DNA of 63,339 nucleotides, filler included, from It is 3 parts of 3 records of this genome, joined end to end, with 100 filler letters (N's around TTAATTAATTAA, not from the genome) between each part and the next. Parts side by side here need not be neighbours in the genome. Positions count along the whole stretch, not along the records: positions 50,051 to 63,339 come from SRR2962707_683; 2 more parts are not named here. One strand, 5' to 3'. Shown piece by piece: positions 59,401 to 63,339 of this stretch (position 1 is its first letter; each line of letters starts with the position of its first letter). The notes under the pieces were generated by a model. It saw only the letters and a program-made list of their open reading frames with translations, ran no database searches and was not told where the DNA came from. The position numbers and the translations under genes were made by a program.

Positions 59401-62400
59401 GTCCATTTGCAATGCAGACCGCAGGCAACGAGCTACTTTTGCACTGATGGCACGTCTCGTTGGCTGTCCCCATCTTTCGAAATGGAGCGACCCGCTCAAC
59501 AAAATGTCCCGCCTCAAGCATGATGAAGGCACAATCATTGTTGAGGACACAGAGGGCAATCATTTGCGCCTACAGTTTGCTGCTGTCAACTCAGTGACCA
59601 CGAGCAAGTTCTATGACCTTTGCGTATTTGCCCCATTTTGGGTCGTCAATTGTACCGGGTATCCTTTCTTGTACAGTGCTCAGGGTGGAAACATTGCCGG
59701 AACCGCACAGCCTGGACGCCGCAATGGTGTCAAGATCAAAGCGCGCAATAACACGGCAGTACCAGGCATCATTGACAGCCTCCTGAAAAACACGAGCGCC
59801 AAAACCAAGCGTGCCGCTGCTGCTGTCGTTGGTGTCGCCGAACATGAGCAAGGTGAGGAGAACAAGCCCAAGCTGCAAACGCAGTGTACTCTTACTTTCC
59901 TCTCGGATGCTGTCATGTCACGGAAAAAGCTCGGTGTCCGCATGAAACTGGAAGGCACCGATGAGGCTTGGACTCCTTTTTTTGACATGGGCAACGAAGG
60001 TGGTGCTGTGGACATCACTGTTCCATGCACGAAAAAACATCTCGCAGTGTCTGTGAACAATGTTCCACTTCCAACAATGTTCTCACGGAGCAAGCTAATC
60101 TTTCTGCAACCAAGATATGTGATGTACAACAATACGGACCATCGCTTATGGATTCGCCAAGTAATGTCCATCCGGAACGCCAGAAAGGATGCTGCTGAGA
60201 GCATTCATGCCGCCGAGCACAGTGTTGATGCCCACTCACAAGTGCCGTTTTACTTCCGCGACGAAATGTTCGGTTTCGTACAATTTAAATCGGAAGGTGC
60301 CCCCTCAAGTTGGTCGGGTGCAATCGATATTCAGGCCCTTGGATACAACGAGATTCGCCTTGGCGGTGGGAGTGGTGGCGACGACGAGAGCCTGCTCAGT
60401 GCAGGCAGCACCTCTCCTGGTGGAAGTGGTGGTGGCGCGAGCCCTTCGGCGCTGACAAAGCGTGCCGAAAGAGATGCGACCCTTTACCACCAGGTCGAGG
60501 TGTTTGAGACCCGGTCCATCATTTACGTGAAGCTGACAGAACTCGCTCCCATGAATGTGTACACTAGGGTTAGCAACACTTGTCTGAACGAGTATGTCCA
60601 ACTAGAGCAAGTGCTTGTCGAAAAAGAATCTTCCAAACATGTCAATCCCCACTGCCCGACGACTGTCGAGGTTCCAAGCGACGAGCTTAACAATATCTTT
60701 ATTCCACACTCCGAAATCCCATACGTTGTGGACCACCCGACTCTGCCTCCTGTTGTCAACGTCATTATTCATGAACCAAGCAGGGATGCTGGAGCAACTG
60801 GCTTTCTCCGGCGGGTAGGCTCAGTGCGAGTAGATTTGCGGGCATGCAGCAAACTTGCCACGGACTTCTCGATCATGGTCCCCGGTGAGAAATCAATCAG
60901 CGGCTCGGACCATCATGTGATCGTGCGGCTGCAACTAGTAGACGGCATCACCAAACTTCACGTCTTCCGCGTTCGTGCAGACGACAGCAACAATGTCATG
61001 AGTATCCCCACGTACTTGAAGGAGCTCGATGCTATTGCAAACGATACTCGGCGCGCGACGCCGCTGCCACCTCGCGCGGTTCGAAATTTTGACGCCCATA
61101 AAGCGTTCTTGCGCGATTTTCTCAAGTCATCACGGGCAGACCGCATGCTGCGGCAGTACAGCGGAAATGATGCACCCCCAACGCGGCGCGTGCAATCGAA
61201 GATTGTGCTCCAAGTCAAGGGCGTCGGCATCAGCATTATTGCTGATCATCCAAGCGACACCAAATCTCAGTCTTACGAGCTTCTCTACATCTGTCTCAGT
61301 GACCTCTTCCTGTGGCATGAGCAAGACAATCAGAAAATGATGACCATTGAGGCACACATTGGTGCTTTCCAAATCGACAGTGCTGCACAAGGTACTAGCT
61401 ACCCTGTGCTTCTGTACCAATATAAGCACGTGCGCGCCGAGCAAGAAGCTGAACGCAAAGGCAGTCCGCAATACTTTTTGGCCGTCAATATCGTGTCGGA
61501 GCACCACGATGCCATCGACTACTATGACTACATTAATGTGCTCATGCAAGCAGTTGTGCTCAAGTTCGACACGCCGTTCTTGAACGAGGTGCTACAGTTG
61601 GTAGCTGAGGTGAGTTGTCTTTGTGATTGTTTGGCCAATGGCGTGTTGCATTGTGTGCCGCTGGATTGCTCACTTCTCACTTCCCTTGCTTGTGGAAAAC
61701 GTTTGTTAGGTGAGTGCAGAAGTGGAGGCTCTTGGCAAGAATGACCATTTGCAGAAGCAAGAACTCAAAAACACACTTGTGAAACACACTGAGTTAGCAC
61801 CAAACGTCGTGAACACTAATCGTCGCGTCTACATCCAGAAGCTGCTTCTACAGCCGATAAAGCTGACACTTTGCTACACACCAGTTGGGCGCTACAAGGA
61901 GTATGGGCAAGTGACAGGTGCTGTGCGCCGTGTGCTCAACTTCTTCGGTGGATTTGCGAAAATCGATGCCGACATCACTCTCCAGTCTTACATTGCCGAG
62001 AGTGTGGCTGACAACAGCAACATGTTCGCCAACGCAGTTCAAAAACATTACCTCAACAAGCTGCTATTGCAAGTATATCGCGTTGTTTTTGGTTTACAGA
62101 CGCTTGGCAACCCAATGAAGTTATTCAGCAATTTGGGAACTGGTGTTAAGCAGCTCTACTACGAACCATCGCAGGGTGCAGTTTTGGGTACCAAGGAGTT
62201 CATGACTGGCCTCGGCCGTGGCACCATGGACTTCCTGGGTGGTGTCACCATGGGTGTGACAGGGCTTGCATCTGCTGGCCTGGAGACTGTAGCATCGGCT
62301 GTGGAACAATTAAGCTTCAACAAAGACTACATTGCCGGCCGCCAAGCTCACAGAGCCCGCGCACCTAAAAATGCATTGCACGGGTACGTTGTCTACCGTG

Positions 62401-63339
62401 ATGTATTGCCTGATCCATGCTATGCACTGTGCCAGATATGTTGCCGTTGCTGTTGAAACACAAGACTGATATAAGAGAATTGTGTGTGAACAGACTCGGT
62501 AAAGCTGGAAAGGGTGTGGCGCTTGGAATTGGCCGCGGCCTGGCGGGAATTTTTGTTGATCCCGTCAAAGGGGCACAACAAGGTGCGAAACAGTCGGCAG
62601 GCCACGCCATTGGTGGCTTTTTCAAGGGTGTTGGTCAGGGCTTAATGGGTGTCGTGGTGAAGGTACGGTGATTGCTTTTTTTCATGTTTAGTGTTGTGCG
62701 TGTGCTCCATTCCGATGCGTTTTGTTGTTGCCCTTGGTGCTTGCGCGTCTCGCGTGATCCCGCTTTGATCTGTCTGCGTTTTGTTGCGTTTGTTGTGCCC
62801 TTTTAGCCGGCTGCTGCGATAGTGTCCGGCACCGCCACTGTGATGGATGGCATCAACCAAAACGTGAGCCTCGACACCGTGGCCCGCCATGTTCGCTTGC
62901 CGCGATTTTTGCAGAATAACATCATCTGTGACTACTCTGACCGCGAGGGACTCGCCAATATCCTGGTACAGGCAATGCGTGAACACATTGCTGATACAAC
63001 CCTTGGCATTTACATTTATCACATGCTGTGTGATCATTCCGGTGCGAACGGGAAGGACAAGCACAGCAAGCACAAGTCATTTCTCTTGATGACGTCGGAG
63101 TTTGTGGTGCACGGCACGTTAGCCTTAGCAGCTGACCGGGATTATTCGGACCGTCACCACTTCGAACTGAAATGGAAAATTGCCATGGAGAATGTCGAAT
63201 CCATTGCCGTCGAGGGTAAAAACGTTGAAGTTGTTCTGACAGCCCGAGCAGCGTCATCACCAACTACCCACAAGGCCACCCGCGTTGCCACCCGCCGCGC
63301 GAGTAGCGGCAGCAGCAGCAGCAGCAGCAGCGGTAGCAG
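50495..63339 (+). CDS. VPS13: VPS13-family bridge lipid-transfer protein, 9 exons seen, 3' incomplete (>3,900 aa)
   Basis: Chorein-N (MFTAIAKSLL...GNIHLENVRLKETALAALDLPIDV..IKIPWTQL; IVDNLQVTIKNLHLRY), VAB-type FAPFWVVNCTG, and C-terminal LGNPMKLF..YEPSQG..GFFKGVGQGLMGVVVK|P..RLPR. GT-AG introns 50582-50718, 52023-52149, 52351-52486, 56712-56820, 59026-59191, 61610-61709, 62384-62493, 62663-62806 all preserve frame. Confidence 0.93.

Noticed and set aside
50731-62671. Multiple independent ORFs in contig 3
   Set aside because: All are exons of one VPS13 gene with frame-consistent introns.
63302-63339. (AGC)n trinucleotide repeat
   Set aside because: Encodes an ordinary poly-Ser tract in the open VPS13 frame at the window edge.

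Overview
The window is three unrelated contigs joined by two identical 100-bp spacers (44 N + TTAATTAATTAA + 44 N, at 31719-31818 and 49951-50050). Contig 1 (1-31718) is bacterial and probably an alphaproteobacterial conjugative plasmid or ICE. Its + strand carries the 3' end of ssb, a 329-aa zincin-like protein, a GapR/DUF2312 homolog, a degenerate HD-hydrolase, a ~6,100-aa polyvalent protein and an 870-aa paralog. The giant protein contains two N6-MTase folds, a Strawberry-notch SF2 helicase, ART-like, MutS-I-like and DUF5710-like repeats and a zincin. A convergent umuDC operon follows, then a Tn552/Tn5053-like transposon (resolvase, DDE transposase, AAA ATPase) with metal-resistance cargo (Acr3-like transporter, MerR-family regulator, merA 3' end). 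Contigs 2 and 3 are intron-containing eukaryotic (protist, probably stramenopile-like) DNA: a >5,000-aa SPRY/UBA/HECT protein, a 5-exon dihydroorotase and a VPS13 gene. The best candidate for a new system is the trio of co-oriented plasmid proteins that share a paralogous zincin domain (two intact HExxH, one dead) and Arg/Lys-rich C-terminal tails, two of which also share an upstream promoter motif. They look like T4SS-delivered establishment or anti-defence cargo. Inside the giant gene is an apparent overprinted 128-aa gene (8993-9379) with its own RBS, whose stop overlaps (ATGA) an internal in-frame start just before the helicase. All domain calls are by-eye motif recognition, not database searches.
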